This document shows, one piece after another, positions 1-9,329 of a stretch of 64,000 nucleotides of DNA. The notes under the pieces were generated by a model. The model did no database searches and was not told the DNA's origin. It saw only the letters and a list, made by a program, of their open reading frames with translations. This DNA comes from a virus, in the IMG/VR virus record IMGVR_UViG_3300027608_000014, positions 32,001-96,000 of that record; one strand, written 5' to 3'. How positions within the stretch are numbered: the first letter of the stretch is position 1; each line of letters opens with the position of its first letter. The translations under genes were made by a program, and so were the position numbers.

Positions 1-1
1 C

Positions 2-1663
2 AAGTTCCCAGTTGAATCGGTTCAGAACGCTCTCGTTACAGGTGAGACCTTCACAGTAGCGGTGACCGCTAGTGCTGCCGGTCCGATTAATCAAATCATC
101 CTGTCTGACCCTCTTGACGCTTCGATTGCAGCATCAGCGGCGATCACTACTCTGGATCTTCACATCTACAAGGAGTCCCTGCAGATTCCAGCTAGTGGAT
201 ATCCATCCGCAGGCTCTCAGGCCCTAACGACAACAGAAGAAGACTTCACCGTTACTGCCGCCCTAGAAATCACTGACTCAACTTGGGTTGACGGCGCAGG
301 CGATCTCATTCCGATCCCGGTCATCAAGGGTAACATTATCGCTCCATACGAAGCGCTATTGACTGTGGGCACAAATAGCTTTGACACCATCAGTGAGCTA
401 AGCGAAGTCGAGACCGTCCTTGGCAAGCCAATCCCAGCCAACCCGCTGGCCTATGGTGTCTACAAGGCCCTTGAGAATAGCGCCGGTCAACCAATCAACT
501 ATGTCTCTGTTTTGTCAGATGACGTCGAGGGATTCACCTCTGCCCTGATTGCCCTTGAGCAGAGCGAGGAGGCCTACTTCATCGTTCCCCTCTCCACAAG
601 TGCTGAGGTTCAGAGCCTCTACAAGGCTCACGTCTTGTCAATGTCTGGCACAACTCATCAGTTCGAGCGCGTCCTGCTTGTCAGCCGTCCGCTCTCAGCT
701 ACAGAGGTCAAGTATGGTGCCAAGACAACTGGCGGCTACTGGCAAGGGTACATCGCAGCTAACAGCGCAGGAGCGTTCAAGTTACTGACCATCCCAGACG
801 CAGACTTCCTCACAGATGGCCTAAGGGCTGGAGACTCAGTTCGTATCAACTTCAGTGTTGATCAGTATGGTGTTGAAAATTACGACACCTACGTTTTGGC
901 AAGTGTCACTGACAATCAGAATGCGGTACTAGTGTCTGGGCCAGCTGTAGCTTACGCCACATCTGGCGCCCCAAATCGTATCGACATTGTTCGCAACCTC
1001 ACCAGGACAGAGCAGGCAGAGTCACTCGCCGCAACCTCAGGTGCGTTTGATAATCGTCGAGTCTACTCAGTCTGGCCAGATCTATTGGTTGATGACGCTG
1101 GACGAGAGGTCCCAGGACACTTCTTGGCTTGCTCCATCGCTGGCCTGAAGAGCTCAGTTGCTCCTCATCAGGGCATCACAAACTACAGCCTAAATGGCTG
1201 GTCAAGTGTAGCTCGTTCTTACAGATACTTCACCCCAACACAGCTCAACGTCGCTGCCGCAGGTGGAACGTTCATCGTCACTCAGGATGCGACAGGCGGA
1301 GAGGTTTACATTCGTCATCAGATCAGCTCTGATCCGACAGATGCCAATACCGCTCAGCTGTCTATCACAACAAACCTGGACTCAATTACTAAGTTTATCC
1401 GTGGAGATCTAAAGAACTTCATCGGTAAGTACAACAGTGGCGAAAACTTCGAGAGAATTGCTCACGCAATCATCGCTCAGAAAATCTCGTACCTACAGAC
1501 CCAGACATCTACAGTAACTGCTGGGCCTCAGGTTACTAGTTTTGATGTTGCCTCACTCGTGGTTAAACAAGACCCATTGATCCGCACAACGGTCAATGCA
1601 AAAGCAAGCATCGGCCTACCATACCCAGTCGATAACTTCGACTTCGTCCTAACCGTTATCTAA
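2..1663 (+). CDS. Contractile tail sheath protein (5' truncated by window edge)
   Basis: Frame is open from position 2 through the ORF-track start at 62. C-terminal sheath-like domain (RRVYSVWPD...FLACSIAGLKS...PHQGITN...IRHQIS...LSITTNLDSI). Directly precedes a tube-sized gene and a terminator. Confidence 0.85.
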   Translation, partial: KFPVESVQNALVTGETFTVAVTASAAGPINQIILSDPLDASIAASAAITTLDLHIYKESLQIPASGYPSAGSQALTTTEEDFTVTAALEITDSTWVDGAGDLIPIPVIKGNIIAPYEALLTVGTNSFDTISELSEVETVLGKPIPANPLAYGVYKALENSAGQPINYVSVLSDDVEGFTSALIALEQSEEAYFIVPLSTSAEVQSLYKAHVLSMSGTTHQFERVLLVSRPLSATEVKYGAKTTGGYWQGYIAANSAGAFKLLTIPDADFLTDGLRAGDSVRINFSVDQYGVENYDTYVLASVTDNQNAVLVSGPAVAYATSGAPNRIDIVRNLTRTEQAESLAATSGAFDNRRVYSVWPDLLVDDAGREVPGHFLACSIAGLKSSVAPHQGITNYSLNGWSSVARSYRYFTPTQLNVAAAGGTFIVTQDATGGEVYIRHQISSDPTDANTAQLSITTNLDSITKFIRGDLKNFIGKYNSGENFERIAHAIIAQKISYLQTQTSTVTAGPQVTSFDVASLVVKQDPLIRTTVNAKASIGLPYPVDNFDFVLTVI

Positions 1664-1672
1664 TCAATCCAA

Positions 1673-2143
1673 ATGGCAACAGACATCTATAAACGCCCAG
1701 TTCGTAACGTTGGTGGAGTATTCAGTGTTGAATCTTCCCTGGCAACATTCAGCGGAGGCTCCGGTACAAGCGCCGGTATCGCCTCTCTGGTTCAACAGGT
1801 TCAGTGGAACTATCCTCGAGATGTGAAATACATCTACGAGATCGGCTCTACTGATGAATATCGAGTCCTGGGTCGTACCCGTGGATCTCTGAGCATTGGT
1901 CGAATCGTTGGCGCTAATGGCGGTAACATCGTCGATGAAGAGCTCTTTGATGCCTGTGACACAGGCGGAACCATGACAATCTCTGCAAAGGGACAGCTCT
2001 GTAATGGTAAGGGAGCTACGGTCATCTACACATTCTCAAGTCTGTTTGTTGTCGACTTTGGTGGCACTATCTCAGTTGAGGATCAAATGATTCGTGAAAA
2101 CGTCCAGCTAACCTTCTCTGGGTTGGCTAAGTCAACCAGCTAG
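1673..2143 (+). CDS. Tail tube protein
   Basis: 156 aa beta-rich protein right after the sheath, with a tube-like motif (LVQQVQWNY..DVKYIYEIGS...G..RGSLSIGRIVG). Confidence 0.75.
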   Translation: MATDIYKRPVRNVGGVFSVESSLATFSGGSGTSAGIASLVQQVQWNYPRDVKYIYEIGSTDEYRVLGRTRGSLSIGRIVGANGGNIVDEELFDACDTGGTMTISAKGQLCNGKGATVIYTFSSLFVVDFGGTISVEDQMIRENVQLTFSGLAKSTS

Positions 2144-2189
2144 GTCGTTATTTAAGGATTGCTTAGCAGTCACAATCAAGATTAACTTC

Positions 2190-2226
2190 TGGCGACGCTC
2201 GAAAAGGGGCGTCGCCATTTTTTTTT
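2190..2226 (+). terminator. Intrinsic terminator after sheath-tube genes
   Basis: TGGCGACGCTC-gaaaa-GGGGCGTCGCCA hairpin followed by 9 T. Confidence 0.85.
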
Positions 2227-4611
2227 ATGAATCTCAACTCCGCAGTTAACTCATTCGAAATCAAAGGAACAGGGCCAGATCATGGAATGGGCAATCTAAT
2301 TGCCTCAAACAACCTCGAAGGTACGTCCATTTTCCTTGGCAAGATCGACAACACCTTTCCTGCCTCAGGGTGTTGCAAAGTGAGCCTATACGGATACCTG
2401 ACGGATATTCCTTGCTACTTGCCGTCATCGGTCATGGGAGGGCTGTTTGGTGCTCGATCAATCTCCCTGCCGCCAATTGGCACTGATGTGCTAGTCTATG
2501 TATCGCCTAACAAGAAGGTTGGGTACATTCTGATGCTTATGCCGCCAACTGACTCTTCCCCAGGGTCTTCTCCAGCAGGTCAGTTGGTTACAGAGGGTGG
2601 AGTTACTGCCTACAGTGAAAATGAATCCTTTAATCAAGACGACTGGTGCGGTGGGTCAGATCTTCCCCAGGCTGGAGGGGGATCGCCAGTTGACGCGCTG
2701 TCTGGAGATGCGGGCATAATCAATGACCTAGGATGTTTCGTTGGATTGCTACGAGCAATCGCCATGCTGCGTGGAAGTGACTTAGCAAAGATTGAGGCCT
2801 TTGCTATGAATGATCGCTTGAATATTGTAGGTCACAATCTCAACATCTTTACGTCACAAGGAGAGAAAAGGACATTCAACGATCACGGTAGAATCTCAGA
2901 GGAAGAGCAGTCAGCCCTTAGACAGAAAGAGTCGCTTGGAACAGATAGTCCTTCTGGCGCATTTGAGGATAATCCAGACGCAAACATCAGAACGAAGGCC
3001 GATGAGATAGCCCTCGAGGAGAAAGAGGAGAGACAGGTTCTTAAGCCCAGATGGAAGAGATGGACTGGCTGGCTTGGTGACTTCTCCCAGTCTTTTCTGT
3101 GTAGACCGGCATCTGGAATTGGATCTCTAAATAAAGCCAGTAAACCAGACCTTGGACTATATCAGGAGTCACTAACGATATCTGGCCAGCACATTGAACG
3201 AAGCATTGTTGGTGGAGGAATACACAAGTCGTTTCAGATCGCTGTACCCAAGAAGAAGAGGGAGTACGACGATCCAGACGGAGACAAGGTTATACCTGAC
3301 GTCATCAAGTCTGACTTCCAACTCGACACGGAGCACCCAGCGGGATCCGCCGCTCAGCACAGAGACTATCTAGCTCATCTATTCAACAAGCAGCTCCCAA
3401 GTAATAGAGATGCTCTGAAAAAAGACTGGGAGACTCCTGACGAGGCTACCTGTCCAGCTCCTGGCCCGGCACCTTCAGTTCCCGGACTGGGAGAGTTCTT
3501 CCGTGAATTTCCTGAAGAGCAGGACATCATGGCCGCACAATCTGGTATCACCGATGATGCCGAACTTGGCGTCAAGAATTTTAGAGTGGGCGAGGCCTTC
3601 ATGGGAATCCTTCCTGATGGTTCTATCTTACTACGCAACGCATGGGGAGATTCTATTCAGCTGATTGCGGGTCACTGCATTGTAACGGCCAGCAAGAATA
3701 TTACGACTGCAGCCGGTGGATCTGTCATTAGCTTGGCCGGAGACGATCAAATCATCAAGGCGCGTAGGTACCTAGATATTACCACAACAGAGGGCCAGGT
3801 CCGAATTAAGGGCCAGAAGGACGTTCTGATCCATACAGAAGCTGGCGGAATGCTTCTTAGTGCGCCATATACAAATGCTAACATTGAGGACGTCGAAAAG
3901 GGCGAACTGCAAGGTTTGCGGGGTATTGTTCTGAAGTCTGAGCCAGGAGTGACTATCACATCGGATTGTGTATCACTAGTCTCAGAGAGAAGAATTGAGA
4001 TAAAGGGCGCGAACTCTAAAGTTCCACAGCTCGTGACTGACTGTGATAATCAAATTCATAGAGTAAGAAATACAGTCTCCTACCAGCTGGACAGTGAGTA
4101 TGTCGTATTCTCAGGGGGACAGATTTTGTGCACAAACGGAATCTTTACAGATGGATCATTATTTGTCAGAGAGAGTATTGCCTTTGGTGGCGGCTCTGGT
4201 CAAGTTGACAATGTAGATGACATTCCAACCATCAAGCCTAACTTCGAATTGCTCTTTACTGATGATCTGTTTGTCAGCAACATATACACCGACGAACAGA
4301 TCACTAATATCAAGTTCACATACCGTAGCACTGAGGAGTATGCCGCAACTGATGCGGTCTGGTACGAAAGTGAGTGGCAGAGGACTATGGACGGGCTAAT
4401 ATCATGGAGAGAGCCCGATATCGATGATACTTATCCATGGCCCGGAGAGGAGCACTACAAAGAAGAAAACTTTAAGAAGTCATTCATCACCTACAAAGAA
4501 GTAAATGTAGAAAAGAGTGGTAAACCTAAGAGTAGAGACATACAGTCTGACAAACACGGAGCCTTTACTGGAAATCAATTCTCTAGTTTTAAAGTGCACC
4601 CAAGTAGATAA
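2227..4611 (+). CDS. gp5/VgrG-like baseplate spike/hub protein
   Basis: N-terminal OB-fold-like segment (GARSISLPPIGTDVLV) and beta-helix-like repeats (ILPDGSILLRNAWGDSIQL...). Tail context. Confidence 0.55.
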   Translation: MNLNSAVNSFEIKGTGPDHGMGNLIASNNLEGTSIFLGKIDNTFPASGCCKVSLYGYLTDIPCYLPSSVMGGLFGARSISLPPIGTDVLVYVSPNKKVGYILMLMPPTDSSPGSSPAGQLVTEGGVTAYSENESFNQDDWCGGSDLPQAGGGSPVDALSGDAGIINDLGCFVGLLRAIAMLRGSDLAKIEAFAMNDRLNIVGHNLNIFTSQGEKRTFNDHGRISEEEQSALRQKESLGTDSPSGAFEDNPDANIRTKADEIALEEKEERQVLKPRWKRWTGWLGDFSQSFLCRPASGIGSLNKASKPDLGLYQESLTISGQHIERSIVGGGIHKSFQIAVPKKKREYDDPDGDKVIPDVIKSDFQLDTEHPAGSAAQHRDYLAHLFNKQLPSNRDALKKDWETPDEATCPAPGPAPSVPGLGEFFREFPEEQDIMAAQSGITDDAELGVKNFRVGEAFMGILPDGSILLRNAWGDSIQLIAGHCIVTASKNITTAAGGSVISLAGDDQIIKARRYLDITTTEGQVRIKGQKDVLIHTEAGGMLLSAPYTNANIEDVEKGELQGLRGIVLKSEPGVTITSDCVSLVSERRIEIKGANSKVPQLVTDCDNQIHRVRNTVSYQLDSEYVVFSGGQILCTNGIFTDGSLFVRESIAFGGGSGQVDNVDDIPTIKPNFELLFTDDLFVSNIYTDEQITNIKFTYRSTEEYAATDAVWYESEWQRTMDGLISWREPDIDDTYPWPGEEHYKEENFKKSFITYKEVNVEKSGKPKSRDIQSDKHGAFTGNQFSSFKVHPSR

Positions 4612-4612
4612 T

Positions 4613-5212
4613 ATGACCAATACACCAACTAATCCATTGCCAGATACAACCGTCGATATTGCTAAGCCACCTGAAGAAAGCTTTAACACTCTTTCTGCTG
4701 CCGAGGTCCAGTCGCTCAGGGTTATCATGCAGACTAACCGTGAAGGGCGATCCAAGACCTTCAGGGTTCCAGAGATGCTAATCACTGAGCGTGACAAAGA
4801 CCTTTTTGCTGAGTCTCTGTGTGGCGGAACCCCATTCAGGGAAGTCATCGAGAGATACAAAGGTAAACTGAAAGTCACCTTCCGAACAAAAGTAAAGTGG
4901 GAGGAAGATATGATTATTGAGCAGATCAGGAAGGACTTTGAGGACGAGTATACTCATACTGATGGTCAGTACGTAAATCGTCTAAACGTTTACAATCTAT
5001 GCTTTGAATTATGTGAGCTGGACGGCGTTCCTCAGAAGCCAATTACCAAAGGTACTGACCTTCGCAAGTATGTCGAAGAGAGCGTCCTAGAGTCCATGTT
5101 AGAGCCAAAGTTGTACATTCTGATTACACTGATGGCGCAGTTCGACGATAAGGTTTCAAGGCTCTGCAGATTAGCTACGCCGGATTTTTCGAAGTCCGAC
5201 GCCGATTCCTGA
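4613..5212 (+). CDS. Tail assembly chaperone (G-like)
   Basis: Likely ATG at 4613 just after the upstream stop. Lies upstream of the tape measure gene and ends ...TPDF over a GGATTTTT slippery run. Confidence 0.6.
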   Translation: MTNTPTNPLPDTTVDIAKPPEESFNTLSAAEVQSLRVIMQTNREGRSKTFRVPEMLITERDKDLFAESLCGGTPFREVIERYKGKLKVTFRTKVKWEEDMIIEQIRKDFEDEYTHTDGQYVNRLNVYNLCFELCELDGVPQKPITKGTDLRKYVEESVLESMLEPKLYILITLMAQFDDKVSRLCRLATPDFSKSDADS

Positions 5213-5262
5213 TTCGACAGACGGCGATTCGGACAGACAGTAGGATACCGGGGTCGGACAGA

Positions 5263-5577
5263 ATGACAGACGAGATGGAAACAGCTCGTAGGGAAATGAT
5301 TTTGTCTGGACTCGAATGGGAAAATAACCTGCGCGTCTCTCAGGCCCGATTTGATCTGTACTCTCGATCCGATGGTAGTATCGACTTCAGAATTGGAGTT
5401 TACCATGAATACATCCAGGCAGCTTTACCGTATGTTAGCTTCAACTTCGGAGATGACGATGAGAGGAGTCAGGCGTCTGAAGAGCAGAAGAGGGCTGATT
5501 TTATGAAGCAGCTCAAGTCAATCAATTGGAGCGAGGCCATGAATCATCTTCCTGTGGCGGGGACTTCTAAAGTATAA
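5263..5577 (+). CDS. Tail assembly chaperone T-like part (probably reached by -1 frameshift)
   Basis: In the -1 frame of the upstream ORF and open without stops from 5182 to 5577. Confidence 0.55.
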   Translation: MTDEMETARREMILSGLEWENNLRVSQARFDLYSRSDGSIDFRIGVYHEYIQAALPYVSFNFGDDDERSQASEEQKRADFMKQLKSINWSEAMNHLPVAGTSKV

Positions 5578-5589
5578 TAGCCCTCGATT

Positions 5590-7887
5590 ATGCCTCAAGG
5601 ATACAATCCCGGATACCAAGAAGAGCAGTTTAGCCCTTATGGTGCACCTCCATCATTTCCAAACGAAATGTTTGGGAATCCATCTCCCTCACAAAGATTC
5701 TTCCAAGACTCCAGGAACAGGGGAATGCAGTACTCACCTGGACAGGGATTTGCGCCAGCTGGCGGAATGGACATGAGTCAGTTCGGTCTGCTCGGCACGT
5801 TTGCTAACATGGCGCTTCAGAAGTCTATGGGCGGATTTCCGATTCGTCCGTTTAATGGATACGAAGGTGGAGATTCAGACTTCCTAGAGAGTAATGCACG
5901 AAGCCGGGCCATGCGCGACAACATGAGCGCCGAACTCGACAAGGGTGGTGCTTTAGGCAATAGCAATCTTGGGAAAAGCAGATTGGCTCAAACTCTTCAG
6001 GAGATGGCTGGAGTTACCTATGGAGGATCGTCCTATCAGGCGTCTAACCTCCTTGCCTCCAGGCAGGGGCGCTCACTAAGTAATAGCACTGACCCAGCAG
6101 ACCAGTATAAGGCGGCTACTAGCGCCGTCGATCAGATGCGTAGGCAATTTGGCATTGGAGGATTCGGCGACAGTGAGGAACCCGGATATATTGCGCCCAC
6201 TCACAGTTACACTCGATCGTTCGGTTTTAATCTCCAGGAGTCAGCAAATAACCTAGACAGCGGCATTCGTTATGGAAACGTCTCCGGTGGAAGACAGGGA
6301 CTCGCTGATGCCGTAAGAAATGGAGAAATTGGCGAAATGGCTGCCGCTCAGAACGCTAAGGTCAGAATGGGCAAGCAGGCCTTCGGACAGAATACTAGCG
6401 CTGATCAGATCAACCAACTGCTAGATTCAGCAATGGGCGGTCTAGCCAACGTGACCCCTGATAAAGCCACTGCATTCTTGGCTAAGATTCAAACTGCAGC
6501 TAGGGCCATGGATATCAACGCCAAGGCCTTCACTGAGTACGTCGCTATGCAGCAGGGCGTATACAAACAGATGGGTCTAGGCGGAGCGGCCTCGGCAGAT
6601 TCTATTATTGGAGCCGCACTATCCGGCCAGGCCGTAATGGATGCAGCGCAGAGCAAGGGAGGCATCGGTGGACTAAACGCCAACAAGGACGTTGCAATGG
6701 CCGCCACTGCTGCTATTGAGGCTAGGTCTCAGGGGAGTAATCTTTATAATCAGGCTCGGGCCGTTGGAGCAATTTACGACAACCTATCTCCCGCACAGAG
6801 GGCTGCGGTCAAGACGGCCAACGGAGTCTCAGTATCCACCCAGATGAGGAAGGTTGAGGCCCTACTCAATGAAGGCAAGTCAGATGAGGCCGAAGCTATA
6901 ATTCGTGATATCAAGGGTGTGTCAGGATTTGAGATGACAGATTCATTGGCCAATAACATGAATTCTGACATAGCTGCCAAGGGTAATAGGCACATAAGGC
7001 CAAATGGTCAGGGCGCCTCCTTCTCTGTCAGAGAGGATCACGTCAATCAGATCTTCGCAAGGATGGGTGGTCCCAACGCAAGTATCAAAAGTTCTGCTGA
7101 CCTTGGATCCATGCTAGCCAACGTCAAGGACTTCGGGAGCCAAAAAGAGATCGAGAAAGCCTTGATGGCTGGAGGAGTAAGCCCAGCAGAGGCAGCAGCG
7201 CTCTCAGGCCAGATGGCTACCAGCTCTGTTGACATACAGTCCCGTATGAACGGTGACGGCGAAAGAGCGATCTTCCAGGCGCAAGCTAATGAAACTAGTG
7301 TCGATGGGATCGCAAGGCGAAAAGCAGACCAGGCCAAGCGGGACAAGGAATCGAACGTGGCACTTGTCCTAAATAGGCGCATGGGAGGCATCGCTAGTGA
7401 ACTGGGCGTTAAAGATTTAATCAAATTCACCAAGGATTTTATTGATGCTGGTGGTGTGAACGGTGGCGAGGCCGCTGCTAGAGCAGCGCTCGATAAGTCC
7501 GGTGTTGTCGCTGACTCTAAGCAACTAGCTGGGTTAATGGAAAGCATGAAGCCTGGTGGAGAATTAGAGCAAGTCTCAGATAAGGCTGAAAAGGCCAGGG
7601 CAGATGCACTAGCTCAAGGAAAATCATATGTAGAGGCTGATGCGATTAAAGCTGAGATATTAGCTCAAGCTGGTGGATTGAACGACGCGGACGCTCAAGC
7701 CAAAGTAGATGATGCGTCTAGAGCAGCCGAAGAGGCGAAAAATAAATCAGAGGCAGATGGAACAAATGTCCTTTTAGATCCCCTCAAGCAAATGCTCGAG
7801 CTACTTGCGAAGATATTATATGCCATCCTCAATGGCACGGCGATGCCTGTGACACCGGAGGTAGTCCCCCAAAGCAACCATAGATGA
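5590..7887 (+). CDS. Tape measure protein
   Basis: 765 aa Ala/Gly/Gln/Met-rich helical protein following the chaperone pair. Confidence 0.7.
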   Translation: MPQGYNPGYQEEQFSPYGAPPSFPNEMFGNPSPSQRFFQDSRNRGMQYSPGQGFAPAGGMDMSQFGLLGTFANMALQKSMGGFPIRPFNGYEGGDSDFLESNARSRAMRDNMSAELDKGGALGNSNLGKSRLAQTLQEMAGVTYGGSSYQASNLLASRQGRSLSNSTDPADQYKAATSAVDQMRRQFGIGGFGDSEEPGYIAPTHSYTRSFGFNLQESANNLDSGIRYGNVSGGRQGLADAVRNGEIGEMAAAQNAKVRMGKQAFGQNTSADQINQLLDSAMGGLANVTPDKATAFLAKIQTAARAMDINAKAFTEYVAMQQGVYKQMGLGGAASADSIIGAALSGQAVMDAAQSKGGIGGLNANKDVAMAATAAIEARSQGSNLYNQARAVGAIYDNLSPAQRAAVKTANGVSVSTQMRKVEALLNEGKSDEAEAIIRDIKGVSGFEMTDSLANNMNSDIAAKGNRHIRPNGQGASFSVREDHVNQIFARMGGPNASIKSSADLGSMLANVKDFGSQKEIEKALMAGGVSPAEAAALSGQMATSSVDIQSRMNGDGERAIFQAQANETSVDGIARRKADQAKRDKESNVALVLNRRMGGIASELGVKDLIKFTKDFIDAGGVNGGEAAARAALDKSGVVADSKQLAGLMESMKPGGELEQVSDKAEKARADALAQGKSYVEADAIKAEILAQAGGLNDADAQAKVDDASRAAEEAKNKSEADGTNVLLDPLKQMLELLAKILYAILNGTAMPVTPEVVPQSNHR

Positions 7888-8050
7888 TGCGGCTAAAGCG
7901 GCCGAAGATAAGAAAAATAGATCAGAGGCAAATGAAACAGATGTCCTTTTAGATCCCCTCAAACAAATGATCAATCTACTTGCGAAGATATTATATGCCA
8001 TCCTCAATGGCACTGATATGCCTCTGACGAAGGTAAACCCCCAGCAGTAA
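7706..8050 (+). repeat. Imperfect tandem duplication (175-nt period) of the tape measure 3' end
   Basis: 7706-7880 and 7881-8050 align closely (e.g. GTCCTTTTAGATCCCCTCAA...CTACTTGCGAAGATATTATATGCCATCCTCAATGGCAC in both). Confidence 0.95.
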
Positions 8051-8055
8051 AACTT

Positions 8056-8556
8056 ATGGCCAACATTTATAGATCAACTCCTGGAGCACTAGTTAAGTCC
8101 TCCGTGCGTCAGCCTTCGTTCCTAACGGTTAGTGGACTGGATTTTGGAGACAAAATGATCGCTACTAACTTCAAGCTGGATCGAGGTCAGGACATGCAGC
8201 ACCAGAAGACATTGTCGCAAGAAATCTACTCGTACGCCTTTGGAGAGGCCATGGGACGAATTCAGGTGGGAGGCATGATATTCTTTGGAGGCTGCAATGG
8301 ACCTTCATCGGCGGGAATCTCCCGTATAAATGGATATTACAGCGGTAACAATGCGTTTGCCAAAAAATCGTCCGTTACATGTACGATTGGAGGCCAGAGT
8401 GCATTCAAGTGCTACTTAGAGAATCTATCCATTCTCGTTGAGTCATCTGCCTATAACACGGGAAGCTTCAGCCTTGGATTCTCTGTGATTCCAGCAGGAG
8501 CCAAGGGTAGTGGAGGCGGGTTGTCAACTGGTGGGTTGTCAACTGGCTCCCTATAA
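8056..8556 (+). CDS. Tail tube-like / tube initiator protein
   Basis: 166 aa after the tape measure; QHQKTLSQEIYSYAFGEAMGRIQVGG resembles tube-initiator proteins. Ends in a 15-bp duplicated GGLST. Confidence 0.5.
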   Translation: MANIYRSTPGALVKSSVRQPSFLTVSGLDFGDKMIATNFKLDRGQDMQHQKTLSQEIYSYAFGEAMGRIQVGGMIFFGGCNGPSSAGISRINGYYSGNNAFAKKSSVTCTIGGQSAFKCYLENLSILVESSAYNTGSFSLGFSVIPAGAKGSGGGLSTGGLSTGSL

Positions 8557-8568
8557 GGCAATACGAAC

Positions 8569-9327
8569 ATGGTAAATCACCTTAGGACATTACTGCTCAA
8601 CCTAGCGTCATCTCCAGATGCAGAGGGAGAAGAACTTATTGAGGCGTCGTTTATGCCCAAGACTCTGACTAAAAATCAGAGCGCTGTTCGCAACCTGATT
8701 TTTCCAGAAAAAATCAGCAGAAAGTACGGCAACTTCATCTCCACAGCGTTGACGCGCATTGTCATGAATTCACCATTTGCCAGCGACATCGACGCTCTGG
8801 ATTCACGATCACTACTCTCTGATCCTGTCAACGCAGCTCAAGAGTTCGGATCCCAGATTACTATCAACCCACTGACAAGTGCCAGCTCACTAACCGTGCG
8901 CGGACAGATACTACCAAACAATCGCAGTGGAGTATTTTCTGAGGACTGGATAATCAGCTACGCCAGCTCATCATCAGTAACCATTTTAAATCCAGCCGCT
9001 GGGATCCCAACGACTAAAACTATAACTTTTAATGAGGGATCTAGTTCTGTGTTCTCCATTAACCTGGAGGGGTCGCTAATTGGGCAGCTACTGAACGTAA
9101 GCGCCGTACCTTCTGGATTTCTAGCCACAGTCACCGCAACTCTCCCTATAAGCTACAGTATTATTGACCTAGCTAAGGACCTTCAGTTATCCAGTAGAAC
9201 AAGAAGTCTGATGTTTATCCCTAATAACGAAGCCCTGTCGCAAAAGTGCCTAGATTACTTCGAGAGCGATAGTAGGCCGGATCTTACAGTTGCAGCCGCA
9301 CTCACTGCTTACGCTTACAGCTTCTAA
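8569..9327 (+). CDS. Hypothetical virion/baseplate protein
   Basis: Closely packed ORF in the tail operon. Confidence 0.5.
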   Translation: MVNHLRTLLLNLASSPDAEGEELIEASFMPKTLTKNQSAVRNLIFPEKISRKYGNFISTALTRIVMNSPFASDIDALDSRSLLSDPVNAAQEFGSQITINPLTSASSLTVRGQILPNNRSGVFSEDWIISYASSSSVTILNPAAGIPTTKTITFNEGSSSVFSINLEGSLIGQLLNVSAVPSGFLATVTATLPISYSIIDLAKDLQLSSRTRSLMFIPNNEALSQKCLDYFESDSRPDLTVAAALTAYAYSF

Positions 9328-9329
9328 GT

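Noticed and set aside
7706-8050. Diversity-generating retroelement TR/VR pair
   Set aside because: Many mismatches are not at adenines in either copy, there is an indel, and no reverse transcriptase is in the window.
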